Source of the DNA: an uncultured eubacterium 1-6
Lineage (GTDB): Bacteria > Bacillota > Clostridia > Lachnospirales > Lachnospiraceae
Assembly (NCBI GenBank): GCA_903789595.1
Contig: CAIFEZ010000003.1
Coordinates: 108,937-172,936 of the forward strand
Direction: 5' to 3'
Length of the DNA: 64,000 bases
Positions within the stretch are counted from its first letter, which is position 1, and the number at the start of each line of letters is the position of its first letter. The notes below the pieces were generated by a model, which saw only the letters and a list, made by a program, of their open reading frames with translations, had not been told where the DNA came from and searched no databases. The translations under genes and the position numbers were made by a program. Of the stretch, positions 18,245 to 27,607 are shown piece by piece.

Positions 18245-18258
18245 TGGAAACGTTTCCT
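18245..18258. promoter_or_regulatory. Palindromic operator upstream of the LacI-family regulator
   Basis: tggaaacgtttcct has the perfectly palindromic core ggaaacgtttcc, which is related to the sites at 12839 and 12875. Confidence 0.5.
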
Positions 18259-18309
18259 ATCAGAACAGACAGGAGCTGGCAGGGCTTTTGTGGAAATAGA
18301 CAACAGGGA

Positions 18310-19383
18310 ATGACATCAGAGAGGGTTTTAGGAGAAGAAGAAAAGTTGGCGGGGTTAACAATTAAGGACATTGCAAGAATATGCAATGTAAGCATCAGTA
18401 CCGTGTCGAGAGCTATCAATAACGACCGGGGCATCAACAGTCAGACGCGAGAGCGTGTGCTTCAGGTGGCAAAGCAGTTCGGGTATGTGCCGAACAACAG
18501 CGCCAGAAATCTGAAGATGGCCGAGTCGAATACGATAGCTCTGATGTGCAAAGGCATGGACAATCCATTTTTCCAGGGGATGTATCCTTATTTTCAGCAG
18601 GAACTTGAGAAATACAATTATGAATTCCTTCTGCATTCGATGCCGGAGGAAATAGATGAGGGATACGAGGCGGAGGAGATCGCGAAGGAGAAGCGGCTCA
18701 AGGGGATGATCTTCCTCGGAGGCAGGCTGGACTATCCGGAGGCGGTACTGGGGAATATTCAGGTTCCTTTTGTTCTGTGCTCTGTCGCGAGCGCAGTCAG
18801 CGTGAACATGACGAATATGAATGTCTCATCGGTGTCCATCGATGACGAGAAGGAGGCCTACAAGGTCGTCCGGTATCTGATCCGGATGGGACATCGGAGA
18901 ATCGCGATTATCGCGGGAAAAAAGCATGATCACACCGTCGCCTCCCTTCGTGAGTCAGGATACCGCAGAGCCATCAATGAAAGCGGTCTTGAGCTTGATC
19001 CGGAACTGATCCGGTATCTGGATGACAGCATTCCGGAGTATACGGAGGCAAATGGGTATGCGACCATGAAGAAGCTTCTGGAATCCGGAACGGATTTCAC
19101 TGCAGTCTTCGTGATCTCGGACCGGATGGCTACCGGAGCCTACAAGGCGATCTACGATTCCGGAAGGAAGATACCGCGGGATATTTCCGTCGTCGGGTTC
19201 GATGGAATTGAGCTCTCCCGGTATCTGTATCCGTCACTGACGACTGTGGTACAGCCGGTCCGCAAGATGGTGAAATCCAGTGTGGAGCTGCTGCGGGCAC
19301 AGATCATGGGCGACGATACAAAGAAACACCTCATCTACGACGCGGAGCTTTCAGAGGCGGACTCCGTCAGAAGCCTGCTGTAA
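18310..19383 (+). CDS. LacI-family transcriptional regulator (maltodextrin locus)
   Basis: HTH LTIKDIARICNVSISTVSRAINN followed by a periplasmic-binding-protein-like sugar-binding core. The start is placed at the internal ATG 18310; the upstream ATG 18244 overlaps the operator and is less likely. Confidence 0.8.
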   Translation: MTSERVLGEEEKLAGLTIKDIARICNVSISTVSRAINNDRGINSQTRERVLQVAKQFGYVPNNSARNLKMAESNTIALMCKGMDNPFFQGMYPYFQQELEKYNYEFLLHSMPEEIDEGYEAEEIAKEKRLKGMIFLGGRLDYPEAVLGNIQVPFVLCSVASAVSVNMTNMNVSSVSIDDEKEAYKVVRYLIRMGHRRIAIIAGKKHDHTVASLRESGYRRAINESGLELDPELIRYLDDSIPEYTEANGYATMKKLLESGTDFTAVFVISDRMATGAYKAIYDSGRKIPRDISVVGFDGIELSRYLYPSLTTVVQPVRKMVKSSVELLRAQIMGDDTKKHLIYDAELSEADSVRSLL

Positions 19384-19497
19384 CCGGCGGTCATCGGAGT
19401 CTGAACCCCTGCCGATGATATTTGTACCTGCTTTAGACAGGTGACCGGCAGAGACAGGCAATACGGAGTGTTTGAGCACAGGATAACGAGGTAAAAA

Positions 19498-21015
19498 ATG
19501 AGATCAAGTGGTATTTTACTTCCGATTTCATCCCTGCCGACCCGATATGGAATCGGCGGATTCTCGGATGAAGCGTTTGAATTTGTGGACCGGCTTGAGG
19601 AGGCCGGGCAGAGCTGGTGGCAGGTTCTTCCGCTCGGCCCGACCGGATACGGAGATTCTCCGTATCAGTCCTTTTCCACGTTTGCCGGGAATCCTTATTA
19701 CATCTCGCTGGACAAGCTGAAAGAGGAGGGGCTCCTGACTGAAGAGGAGTGCGTGGAAGCGGACTGCGGTAAGGATCCGGAGTATGTGGATTATGAGAAA
19801 ATCTACTTCAGCCGGTTCAAGGTTCTGAAGAAGGCCTTCGGCAGGTTCGATCAGGCGTCTCAGCATTCGGAGGAACTGGAAAAATTCTGTGAGGAGAATC
19901 ACGAGTGGCTTGCGGATTATGCTCTTTATATGGCAATCAAGAACAGCCGGGGCGGTGAGGAGTGGAGCCGCTGGCCCGCGGAGCTGAAGGACAGGGACCA
20001 TGAGGCGCTGAAGGCTGCTGAGAAAGAACTGGAGCCGGAGGTGAAATTCTACAGCTTCCTGCAGTTTGCGTTTGCAAAGCAGTGGAAGGCTTTGAAAGAG
20101 TATGCCAACAGCAGGGGAGTCGGCATTATCGGGGACATTCCGATCTATGTGGCGATGGACAGCGCGGACTGCTGGGCCGGACGGGAACTCTTTCAGTTCG
20201 GAAGTGACGGAAAGCCCTCGGGAGTTGCGGGATGCCCGCCGGATGCATTTTCCGCTGACGGTCAGCTCTGGGGAAACCCGCTGTATGACTGGGATTACCA
20301 TAAAAGGACGGGCTATCGCTGGTGGATCCGCCGGATGAAGCGGTGCGCGGAGCTCTACGATTCCGTCAGAATTGATCATTTCCGCGGATTTGCCGGATAT
20401 TATTCGATCCCCTTCGGCGCGCCGAACGCCAGAGAAGGACACTGGGAGAAGGGACCGGGCATGGATCTGTTCCGCGCCATCCGGGCGGAGCTGGGGGATC
20501 AGAATTACATTGCGGAGGATCTCGGATTTTTGACCGATGATGTGGTTGAGATGGTAGAAGAATCCGGATATCCGGGCATGAAAGTTCTGGAATTTGCCTT
20601 TGACGGTAGCCCTGACAACGGTTATCTGCCGGATCACTATGAGAAAAACTGTGTGGTATACACCGGCACTCATGACAATGAGACGGTCGCCGGCTGGTTC
20701 CGCAATCTGAACCGGAGGGGCAGGGCGTTTGCGAAGAAGTATCTCGGGCACAGGGTTGTTCCGGAAGAAGATTTCGTAAGGCTTGCGATGTTGAGTGCCG
20801 CGAATCTCGCGGTCATTCCGGTTCAGGATTATCTGGGGCTCGGCAATGAGGCCAGAATTAACCATCCGTCCACAATGGGAGAAAACTGGAAATGGCGGCT
20901 TGTTCCGGGGCAGTTTGATGTTCATGCGGCAGGACGGATCCGTGAGCTGACGGAGATCAGCGACAGACTTCCGAAGACAAAAAAGAAAGACATAACAGAT
21001 ACAAAAAAAGCGTAA
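19498..21015 (+). CDS. malQ: 4-alpha-glucanotransferase (amylomaltase), copy 2
   Basis: 505 aa carrying the same GH77 motifs (GILLPISSLPTRYGIG, VRIDHFRGF, YTGTHDNET). It is a clear paralog of 16643-18133. Confidence 0.9.
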   Translation: MRSSGILLPISSLPTRYGIGGFSDEAFEFVDRLEEAGQSWWQVLPLGPTGYGDSPYQSFSTFAGNPYYISLDKLKEEGLLTEEECVEADCGKDPEYVDYEKIYFSRFKVLKKAFGRFDQASQHSEELEKFCEENHEWLADYALYMAIKNSRGGEEWSRWPAELKDRDHEALKAAEKELEPEVKFYSFLQFAFAKQWKALKEYANSRGVGIIGDIPIYVAMDSADCWAGRELFQFGSDGKPSGVAGCPPDAFSADGQLWGNPLYDWDYHKRTGYRWWIRRMKRCAELYDSVRIDHFRGFAGYYSIPFGAPNAREGHWEKGPGMDLFRAIRAELGDQNYIAEDLGFLTDDVVEMVEESGYPGMKVLEFAFDGSPDNGYLPDHYEKNCVVYTGTHDNETVAGWFRNLNRRGRAFAKKYLGHRVVPEEDFVRLAMLSAANLAVIPVQDYLGLGNEARINHPSTMGENWKWRLVPGQFDVHAAGRIRELTEISDRLPKTKKKDITDTKKA

Positions 21016-21170
21016 ACGGCCATGCTCCGCAGGAAAAGCAAGAGAACGGCGAGATCGCAGCCCAGCCGGTCAGGTGCGAACGGCAGCGGAGCAGGAACAT
21101 TGGGACTGAACTTTATACAGAAGTTACACTTTGAGACAGCGACATGTGAGAGAATAAGGAGAATCAAAGC

Positions 21171-23483
21171 ATGGGAACAATGGAAGCAAAAAGCGTAAAC
21201 ACGACAGATGCCGTTATGGAGGAGAGAATCGAAAAGATTCTAGCGGTGCGTTTCGGAAGAGGGCTGAAGGACTGCACGAAGGAAGAAATTTTTGAAGCAC
21301 TGATGCAGATCACCAAGGAAGAGATGGAAGGCCGTCCGAAGGTAGAGGGCAGGAAGAAGCTCTATTATATCTCCGCCGAATTCCTGATCGGAAAGCTTTT
21401 GTCCAACAACCTGATTAATCTCGGCCTTTACGACAAGGTGAACAACATCCTGAAGAAGTACAAGCTTTGCGTTGCGGACATCGAGGGACTCGAGAATGAG
21501 CCGTCGCTGGGCAACGGCGGTCTCGGACGTCTTGCCGCCTGCTTCCTGGATTCGATCGCAACGCTGAACCTGTGCGGAGACGGTGTGGGCCTGAACTATC
21601 ACTACGGACTGTTCCGCCAGGAATTCCTGAACAACAAGCAGCATGAGGTGATCAATCCGTGGATTCGCAAGGACAGCTGGCTGGAGCGCCGTCCGGAATC
21701 CTTCGAGGTGCCGTTCGGCAGATTTACCCTGAAATCCACGATGTATGACATCGATATTCCGGGATATGAGACCGGAAAGTGCAACAGGCTGCATCTGTTT
21801 GATCTGGATTCTGTTGACGACGGCATGGTTCAGCCGGACAGCATCAATTTCGACAAGAGAGATATCCAGAGGAATCTTACCCTTTTCCTGTATCCGGACG
21901 ACAGCGACCGGGACGGCAGAATTCTCCGCGTATATCAGCAGTACTTCATGGTAAGCAATGCCGCACAGCTGATCCTGAAAGAAGCTGACGAAAGAGGCGT
22001 TGACATTCATAAGCTGGATGAGTATGTCGCGGTGCAGATCAATGACACGCATCCGTCGATGATCATTCCGGAGCTGATTCGTCTGCTCACCGCCCGCGGA
22101 CTGTCCATGGATGAGGCAATTTCCGTTGTCACAAAGACCTGCGCCTACACCAACCACACGATCCTCGCGGAAGCTCTTGAGAAATGGCCGATCGATTATC
22201 TGGAGGAAGCCGTACCGCATCTTCTTCCGATCATCCGGGAGCTGGACAAGAGAGTCAAGGCGGCGGTGAAGGACGAGACCACCTACATCATCGACAAGGA
22301 CAATCTGGTGCATATGGCATCCATGGATATCCATTACGGCCATTCCGTCAACGGTGTCGCGTCTCTTCACACAAAGATTCTCGAGGAGTCCGAGCTGAAG
22401 AACTTCTATAAGCTTTATCCGGAGAAATTCAACAACAAGACAAACGGCATCACCTTCCGCCGCTGGTTCATCGCTTCCAATCCGGAGCTCACCTCCTATA
22501 TCGAGTCTCTGATCGGACCCGGATTCCGCAAGGACGCGACAGAGCTGGAGAAGCTGATGAAATATTATGATGACGAGAAGGTTCTCGATGAGATCGGAAA
22601 AATCCGTCACCACAACAAGAAGAAGGCGGCAGAGTATCTGTATGAGACACAGAACCTCGTGCTGGATGTGGACTCGATCTTTGATGTACAGGTAAAGCGT
22701 CTGCATGAGTACAAGCGTCAGCAGATGAACGCTCTCTACGCGATCTACAAATACCTTGAGATCAAGAAGGGTAACCTTCCGAAGCGTCCGATCACGATGA
22801 TCTTCGGAGCAAAGGCGGCTCCGGCTTACACGATCGCCAAGGATATCATTCACCTGATTCTCTGCCTGCAGGAGCTTACGACAAAGGATCCGGAGGTGAG
22901 TCCGTATCTCAAGGTTGTCATGATTGAGAACTACAACATCACCAAGGCGGAGAAGATCATTCCGGCCGCAGATATCTCCGAGCAGATCTCCCTTGCATCC
23001 AAGGAGGCGTCCGGCACCGGCAACATGAAGTTTATGCTGAACGGAGCCGTCACTCTTGGAACCGAGGACGGCGCAAATGTTGAGATTCATGAGCTGGTCG
23101 GCGATGACAATATTTATATTTTCGGAAAGAAATCAGAAGAGGTCGTGAAGCTCTATGAGACTGCAGGCTATAAGGCGAAGGATTATTATGACAATGTTCC
23201 GCTCATTCACAGACTGGTCGACTTCATCATCGGAAGTGAAATGAAGAAGATCGGTGATCCGGTAAGCCTTGAGAGACTGCACCATGAGCTGATCTCCAAG
23301 GACTGGTTCATGACGCTGCTCGATGTAGAGGACTACATCCGCACCAAGGAGAAGATGTTCGACGATTTCAATGACCGCAAGAGCTGGTACAAGAAGGAAC
23401 TCGTCAATATCGCGAAGGCCGGATTCTTCTCTTCCGACCGCACGATCGCACAGTATAATGAAGACATCTGGCACCTCAGCTGA
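21171..23483 (+). CDS. glgP: Glycogen/maltodextrin phosphorylase (GT35)
   Basis: 770 aa with [19 protein letters not shown], the PLP-site region [20 protein letters not shown] and [11 protein letters not shown]. Confidence 0.9.
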   Translation: MGTMEAKSVNTTDAVMEERIEKILAVRFGRGLKDCTKEEIFEALMQITKEEMEGRPKVEGRKKLYYISAEFLIGKLLSNNLINLGLYDKVNNILKKYKLCVADIEGLENEPSLGNGGLGRLAACFLDSIATLNLCGDGVGLNYHYGLFRQEFLNNKQHEVINPWIRKDSWLERRPESFEVPFGRFTLKSTMYDIDIPGYETGKCNRLHLFDLDSVDDGMVQPDSINFDKRDIQRNLTLFLYPDDSDRDGRILRVYQQYFMVSNAAQLILKEADERGVDIHKLDEYVAVQINDTHPSMIIPELIRLLTARGLSMDEAISVVTKTCAYTNHTILAEALEKWPIDYLEEAVPHLLPIIRELDKRVKAAVKDETTYIIDKDNLVHMASMDIHYGHSVNGVASLHTKILEESELKNFYKLYPEKFNNKTNGITFRRWFIASNPELTSYIESLIGPGFRKDATELEKLMKYYDDEKVLDEIGKIRHHNKKKAAEYLYETQNLVLDVDSIFDVQVKRLHEYKRQQMNALYAIYKYLEIKKGNLPKRPITMIFGAKAAPAYTIAKDIIHLILCLQELTTKDPEVSPYLKVVMIENYNITKAEKIIPAADISEQISLASKEASGTGNMKFMLNGAVTLGTEDGANVEIHELVGDDNIYIFGKKSEEVVKLYETAGYKAKDYYDNVPLIHRLVDFIIGSEMKKIGDPVSLERLHHELISKDWFMTLLDVEDYIRTKEKMFDDFNDRKSWYKKELVNIAKAGFFSSDRTIAQYNEDIWHLS

Positions 23484-23505
23484 GTACGAGGCTGCAGGAC
23501 TGTCA

Positions 23506-23530
23506 CGGGCTGCCGCAATGCGGCAGCCCG
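23506..23530 (+). terminator. Stem-loop after glgP
   Basis: An 11-bp perfect stem cgggctgccgc/gcggcagcccg with a 3-nt loop and no clear T-run. Confidence 0.45.
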
Positions 23531-23620
23531 TAACTGTTTACCGCTCAACTCTTTACGGCAGGGATTTTACAGTATCTTTGACGTTTCAGCAGTGTGTAAA
23601 CCGCAGCGGCTGCCTGGTTA

Positions 23621-23949
23621 CTGTTCACGCATAGCTGACCAGGCAAGGATTTCAAAGCACCTTTGCCTGAGCATTACTGGCTGTTAAAAGTTTTATCCGT
23701 AAATTCTTCATTGAATAAATAGCGAGGACTTTGCGATGAGCACTTAGCGGGCGCTTGCGGCCGCTTACGTGCGACGCATACAAATCCCTTGGCGAATGAA
23801 ATGAGCCTAGTAGATTTGCAGTTTGACGAAGGCGCTTGCGCCTGAGGAGTTCCGCAGCTTCAATAAATAAGGATAAAACTTTGTTACAGCCAGTTTGCGA
23901 ATGGCAACAGGGCTGTGAAATCCCTGCCTTTCAGATATCCCGTGAACAG
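23621..23949. repeat. Rep-A element, copy 1 (MITE-like long imperfect palindrome with central insertion)
   Basis: Termini are ctgttcacg ... cgtgaacag. The arms (ggcaaggatttcaaagcacctttgcctgagcattactggctgttaaaagttttatcc versus ggataaaactttgttacagccagtttgcgaatggcaacagggctgtgaaatccctgcc) are mutually reverse-complementary. Relative to copy 3 there are about 90 extra central bp. Confidence 0.8.
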
Positions 23950-24092
23950 TAGCCTGCCTGTTTTTGCTGGATGGCAGTCCCGGATCCGATCTTGACGGAG
24001 AAAATAAATTCTGCTATTGTGCACATATGCGGTTCGGAAGACCGTGAGAGTGCATGCGAGGCATGAGTGATTATTAAAAGGAAGAAAAACTT

Positions 24093-25838
24093 ATGAGCAG
24101 AGAGTCAGACGACGACCGGGAGTACAGGCGGTCCGGAAGAGAGACAGACGACGGCCGGGAGTACAGGCGGTCCGGAAGAGGGACGGATGACGGCCGGGAG
24201 TACAGGCGGTCCGCGGGAGGACAGAAGGACGAACAGAGACACAGAGGGTCGGGGAAGCGGAGAAAAAGAAAGAACCGTAAGAAGACAGCTCTCAAGCTCA
24301 TGATCCTGATTATCGCTGTACTTGCAGCTGTTGCGATCATTTTTTTCCTGTTCCTGGAGGGAACGCTGAACAGCATCAAGAGAGTCGATACAGCAAACGA
24401 GGCATATGTCTCAAGGAGTGATGAGACCTTTGAGGTGGATTCCAGCGCAGGAAGCGACACAATGAATGCAAGTGATGTCAATTTCAACGGCAGCAATGTT
24501 GACATTATGGCCAGCGATGACGTGAAGAACATTCTGCTGATCGGCCAGGACAAGCGTGCGGATCAGAATACTCGCACCCGTTCCGATACGATGATCATCG
24601 CGTCGATCAATACGAATACCAATAAGATTACGATGGTATCGCTGATGCGCGACATGTATGTACCGATTCCCGGATATTCGGCAAACCGGATCAACGCCGC
24701 GTATGTGTTCGGCGGAATGAGCCTTCTGGATCAGGTGATCGAGGATGACTTTGGAATTACGATCGACGGCAACGTTGTCGTGGATTTTGACGGCTTCCTT
24801 GAGACGATGACGAAGATCGGAAACCTCGATATTGAACTGACCGAGGACGAGGCGAATTATATGAATGCCAATGAGGGACTCGGTTCAGCTGAGGACGACG
24901 CTTCTGTGACAGAGGCGTGGGGGCTTACCGCGGGCGTGAATTCGCTGACGCCGGAGCAGGCGCTTACCTACAGCCGTATGAGATATGTCGGCAATTCCGA
25001 CTGGGATCGGACGGAAAGGCAGAGAAAGCTTCTGACCGCCGTGTTCAAAAACGCACAGAAGTCGAGTGTTACCAAGATTCTCAGCATGGTCAGCGATCTG
25101 ATCCCGTATTTCGAGACGGACCTCAGCAATAAGGAGATCCTGAAGTATGTCAAGACAGTGTTCAGCGGAAATCTGGAGCTGAATTCCAAGAGCTACCGGA
25201 TACCGGTAGACGGCGGCTACACCTCCCAGACCATCAGCGGAATGTCTGTATTGGTTCCTGACCTTGAGATCAACAGCGCATATCTTCAGCATTACCTGTA
25301 TAATAAGAAGCTCAGCGAATCTCTGAAGGAAGCTGCCAAAAAGGCAGCCGCTTCCGCAAGCTCGGATACGGGAACATCCGCAGACAGCAGCGGTTCCTAT
25401 GACAGCACGGATAATGGCAGCACTTATTCGTACAGCACGGACAGCGGGAACACGTATTCCGGCGGATACGACAATTCTCAGAACTCGTATTACGAAGATG
25501 AGAACGGATCCGGAGGAACGGAAACTTATGGCCAGGGCGATTATGGCGGAGGCACGGCAGGAGGCTCCGGCACAGAGAGCTACAATGGAAATGGAGACGC
25601 GGGAGGCGGTACGGGAACAAATTCCGGAACGGCCAATACCGGAGCAGATCCGGGAACCGCGGATCCGGGGACAGGAACCGGAGGATCGGAAAATTCCGGC
25701 GCTGCGGACAACGGCGGAGGGGGAACCGGCGGTTCGGGAACCACGGATAACGGCGGGGCAGGAACCGGCGGCGCAGAAACCGGCGGCTCAGGCCCGGGAG
25801 AAGGAAGCACCACAGGAGCTGACGGAACTGCGGCGTAA
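24093..25838 (+). CDS. LytR-CpsA-Psr (LCP) family cell-envelope phosphotransferase with repeat and low-complexity extensions
   Basis: TM anchor ALKLMILIIAVLAAVAIIFFLFL and LCP core ILLIGQDKR...TRSDTMIIASIN...SLMRDMYVPIPGY..NRINAAY. The N-terminus has a 13-aa repeat. The C-terminus is a G/T/S-rich tail of about 170 aa. Confidence 0.85.
   Translation: MSRESDDDREYRRSGRETDDGREYRRSGRGTDDGREYRRSAGGQKDEQRHRGSGKRRKRKNRKKTALKLMILIIAVLAAVAIIFFLFLEGTLNSIKRVDTANEAYVSRSDETFEVDSSAGSDTMNASDVNFNGSNVDIMASDDVKNILLIGQDKRADQNTRTRSDTMIIASINTNTNKITMVSLMRDMYVPIPGYSANRINAAYVFGGMSLLDQVIEDDFGITIDGNVVVDFDGFLETMTKIGNLDIELTEDEANYMNANEGLGSAEDDASVTEAWGLTAGVNSLTPEQALTYSRMRYVGNSDWDRTERQRKLLTAVFKNAQKSSVTKILSMVSDLIPYFETDLSNKEILKYVKTVFSGNLELNSKSYRIPVDGGYTSQTISGMSVLVPDLEINSAYLQHYLYNKKLSESLKEAAKKAAASASSDTGTSADSSGSYDSTDNGSTYSYSTDSGNTYSGGYDNSQNSYYEDENGSGGTETYGQGDYGGGTAGGSGTESYNGNGDAGGGTGTNSGTANTGADPGTADPGTGTGGSENSGAADNGGGGTGGSGTTDNGGAGTGGAETGGSGPGEGSTTGADGTAA
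24108..24221 (+). repeat. In-frame 39-bp tandem repeat x3 (DDxREYRRSGRxT) at the LCP N-terminus
   Basis: The protein reads DDDREYRRSGRET / DDGREYRRSGRGT / DDGREYRRSAGGQ, and the DNA units are near-identical. Confidence 0.9.
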
Positions 25839-25931
25839 CAGGGACAGCCGGAGCGTCCTGTATGGCAGGAGCGCCCGGAGCTGTCACGTAAATCAGGCAG
25901 TATTCTGAAAGGTACACGTCGAAAGATGCAT

Positions 25932-26004
25932 AAAAAAGATCACCGGTTCTTCGGAGCCCCGGGTGCAGTGGCAGACCGGGCGGAGGAAACGGTGATCTTT
26001 TTTT
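25932..26004. terminator. Putative bidirectional terminator
   Basis: An A6 run, then gatcaccg(25938-25945) pairing with cggtgatc(25990-25997), then a T7 run. The large GC-rich interior can form further pairs. Confidence 0.45.
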
Positions 26005-26099
26005 ACGCGAACAGTGAGCCGCAGCCGAATGCGAAGTATGCGTGTGCGGCGAGCTTCGCGATAGCGAGATAAAACCCGCGCAGCGCGTTTTATCTCGTT

Positions 26100-26909
26100 T
26101 TATGTGCGGCGGGTGCTGCCGTGAATATAATCCTCGAGATAATCGCGGACGGTGCCGATCAGGTACCAGACCGTCTCATAACGGATGAAATGCAGGGCGT
26201 TCTGATCCAGGAGAAACTGGTAGTTCACAGGAAATTCGTCGTCGCCGTCCCAGAACTGGAACCACACGGGGAAATTGTCGAACACCGGGAGAACGGCGCT
26301 TACGTCCGCACTTCCGGGCGACGGAGAACCGTGAACCGCGAGACAGGCATCCTTCAGCTCACTGGTTTTCCCCGCGAAGAGAGCCTTTTCACGGTCGGAG
26401 ACGAGTGAACTTGCGTGATAGGCGCCGATGATGCCGCCGAGCTTTGAAACAGATGCCCATTCGCCGGAGAGAACCGGTGTATCGTGCTCCATAGAATAGG
26501 TGAACATCTCGTATACTGTCATGGATATTCCCGGGGACGCCTTGCGGAAGCCGATCCCTGTGCCGTTCTCCTGTGCGGCATTGAGGGGTGTGTATTTTGT
26601 ATCATTCCCCAGGGATGATTTGTAAGACTTGTCTATCGCATGATCCGCCGCTTCCGGCGCCGTGGAGGAGATCATCGAAGGCCAGGGCGACTCAATCTGC
26701 ACCTCGCCGGTATCCCGGAGAATGCGTGCCGGGAAGGAAAGGTACCGGAAAGAGATAGAGGAGTCATCCGCTTCCAGTTGATTCCGTCGGATGATCTGTT
26801 CCTGGTCAAAGTCAAGGAAAAGGTGTCGGCCCGACTCCGTCATGAGATCGTAGTTATTCTGTTTTTTGTACTGCTCAATTGTGTTCTGTATCTTTTTATT
26901 CTTTTCCAT
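26100..26909 (-). CDS. Hypothetical protein (resembles DUF3786-type proteins; weak assignment)
   Basis: Start at the internal ATG 26909, which has the RBS agaggtga 7 nt upstream. 269 aa. The C-terminal segment NFPVWFQFWDGDDEFPVNYQFLLDQNALHFIRYETVWYL recalls DUF3786, but this is from memory only. Confidence 0.5.
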   Translation of the reverse strand: MEKNKKIQNTIEQYKKQNNYDLMTESGRHLFLDFDQEQIIRRNQLEADDSSISFRYLSFPARILRDTGEVQIESPWPSMISSTAPEAADHAIDKSYKSSLGNDTKYTPLNAAQENGTGIGFRKASPGISMTVYEMFTYSMEHDTPVLSGEWASVSKLGGIIGAYHASSLVSDREKALFAGKTSELKDACLAVHGSPSPGSADVSAVLPVFDNFPVWFQFWDGDDEFPVNYQFLLDQNALHFIRYETVWYLIGTVRDYLEDYIHGSTRRT

Positions 26910-27039
26910 ATTCTGTTCACCTCTTACATCTATACAAAGGACATTTCCCTGAGACAGAAACATCGAAGTATTCGTCATTCTGACTTCAGAATGTCTCCGG
27001 GTTTATCAAAACTTTCCGAGAAGACCCCAGCCAAATGTT

Positions 27040-27495
27040 TCATTTGGCCGGGGATGAATCGGCTGTTTTTGCACGCTTGTTGTAATGCCGTTTTGGGCGG
27101 CCCTGCTCTTCCACATATCTTTTCAATACGTCCAAAGTAACACCTCCTGAGGTTGCGATAAAATAACTGTCACTCCAGAACGAATCCTTCCACAGATACT
27201 TGCGGATCGTTTCTCCGTAATCACGGCGGAGTATTCTTGCCGAAACACCCTTCAGCACATTGACGATTTCCTTGATAGAGTATTTTGTCCCAAGGGATAC
27301 CAGGATGTGGACGTGATCCACATCTGTCTCCATCTGCAGAATTTTCCCCTCGTAATGCTCCAATATCCTTGTACACTCCCGTTTGCATGCTTCGGCGACT
27401 TCCCCGGTAAGGCATGGTTTCCGATACTTTACAACGAGGACGATATGGTATTCCAAAGCATAAACAGCGTGAGGACCATGTGTGTATTCTGTCAT
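27040..27495 (-). CDS. tnpA: IS200/IS605-family Y1 (HUH) transposase TnpA
   Basis: 151 aa with YHIVLVVKYRKPCL, the HUH motif DHVHILVS and the catalytic-Tyr region WSDSYFIATSGG. Confidence 0.9.
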   Translation of the reverse strand: MTEYTHGPHAVYALEYHIVLVVKYRKPCLTGEVAEACKRECTRILEHYEGKILQMETDVDHVHILVSLGTKYSIKEIVNVLKGVSARILRRDYGETIRKYLWKDSFWSDSYFIATSGGVTLDVLKRYVEEQGRPKRHYNKRAKTADSSPAK

Positions 27496-27541
27496 GTCCT
27501 GTCCCCTCTAAAATAATCACCACCAATGTGTTATAAATCAC

Positions 27542-27569
27542 TTGTACAATAGCATATATACGATATAAT
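27542..27569 (+). promoter_or_regulatory. Promoter for the tnpB-like gene
   Basis: TTGTAC (27542-27547), a 16-nt spacer, then TATAAT (27564-27569). The RBS ggagg lies at 27594-27598. Confidence 0.5.
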
Positions 27570-27607
27570 GTAAATATACACCAAATGTATTTCGGAGGCT
27601 TTTTTGC

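Noticed and set aside
21240-23090. A 616-aa minus-strand ORF antisense to glgP. Similar long antisense ORFs lie at 14786-15622, 15565-16599, 16748-18235, 19528-20925, 30930-32399, 33044-34135, 34478-35335, 37206-38459, 41922-42563, 55902-57068, 59865-61169 and 61186-62133; plus-strand ORFs antisense to minus-strand genes lie at 43003-43716 and 53427-54623.
   Set aside because: Each lies opposite a gene with unambiguous conserved motifs. None has a domain signature or translation signals. Their composition is that of shadow ORFs.
23700-23830. Whether the Rep-A/Rep-B cores encode a tRNA, another known small RNA, or a small peptide.
   Set aside because: I saw no cloverleaf or T-loop (GGTTCGAATCC-like) sequence and no RBS-preceded small ORF conserved between copies. 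They are treated as non-coding repeats.
25312-25917. ORFs on both strands within the 3' third of the LCP gene (201 aa, 169 aa and 77 aa).
   Set aside because: They translate the Gly/Thr-rich low-complexity coding repeat in other frames (P/R-rich products). There is no independent support.
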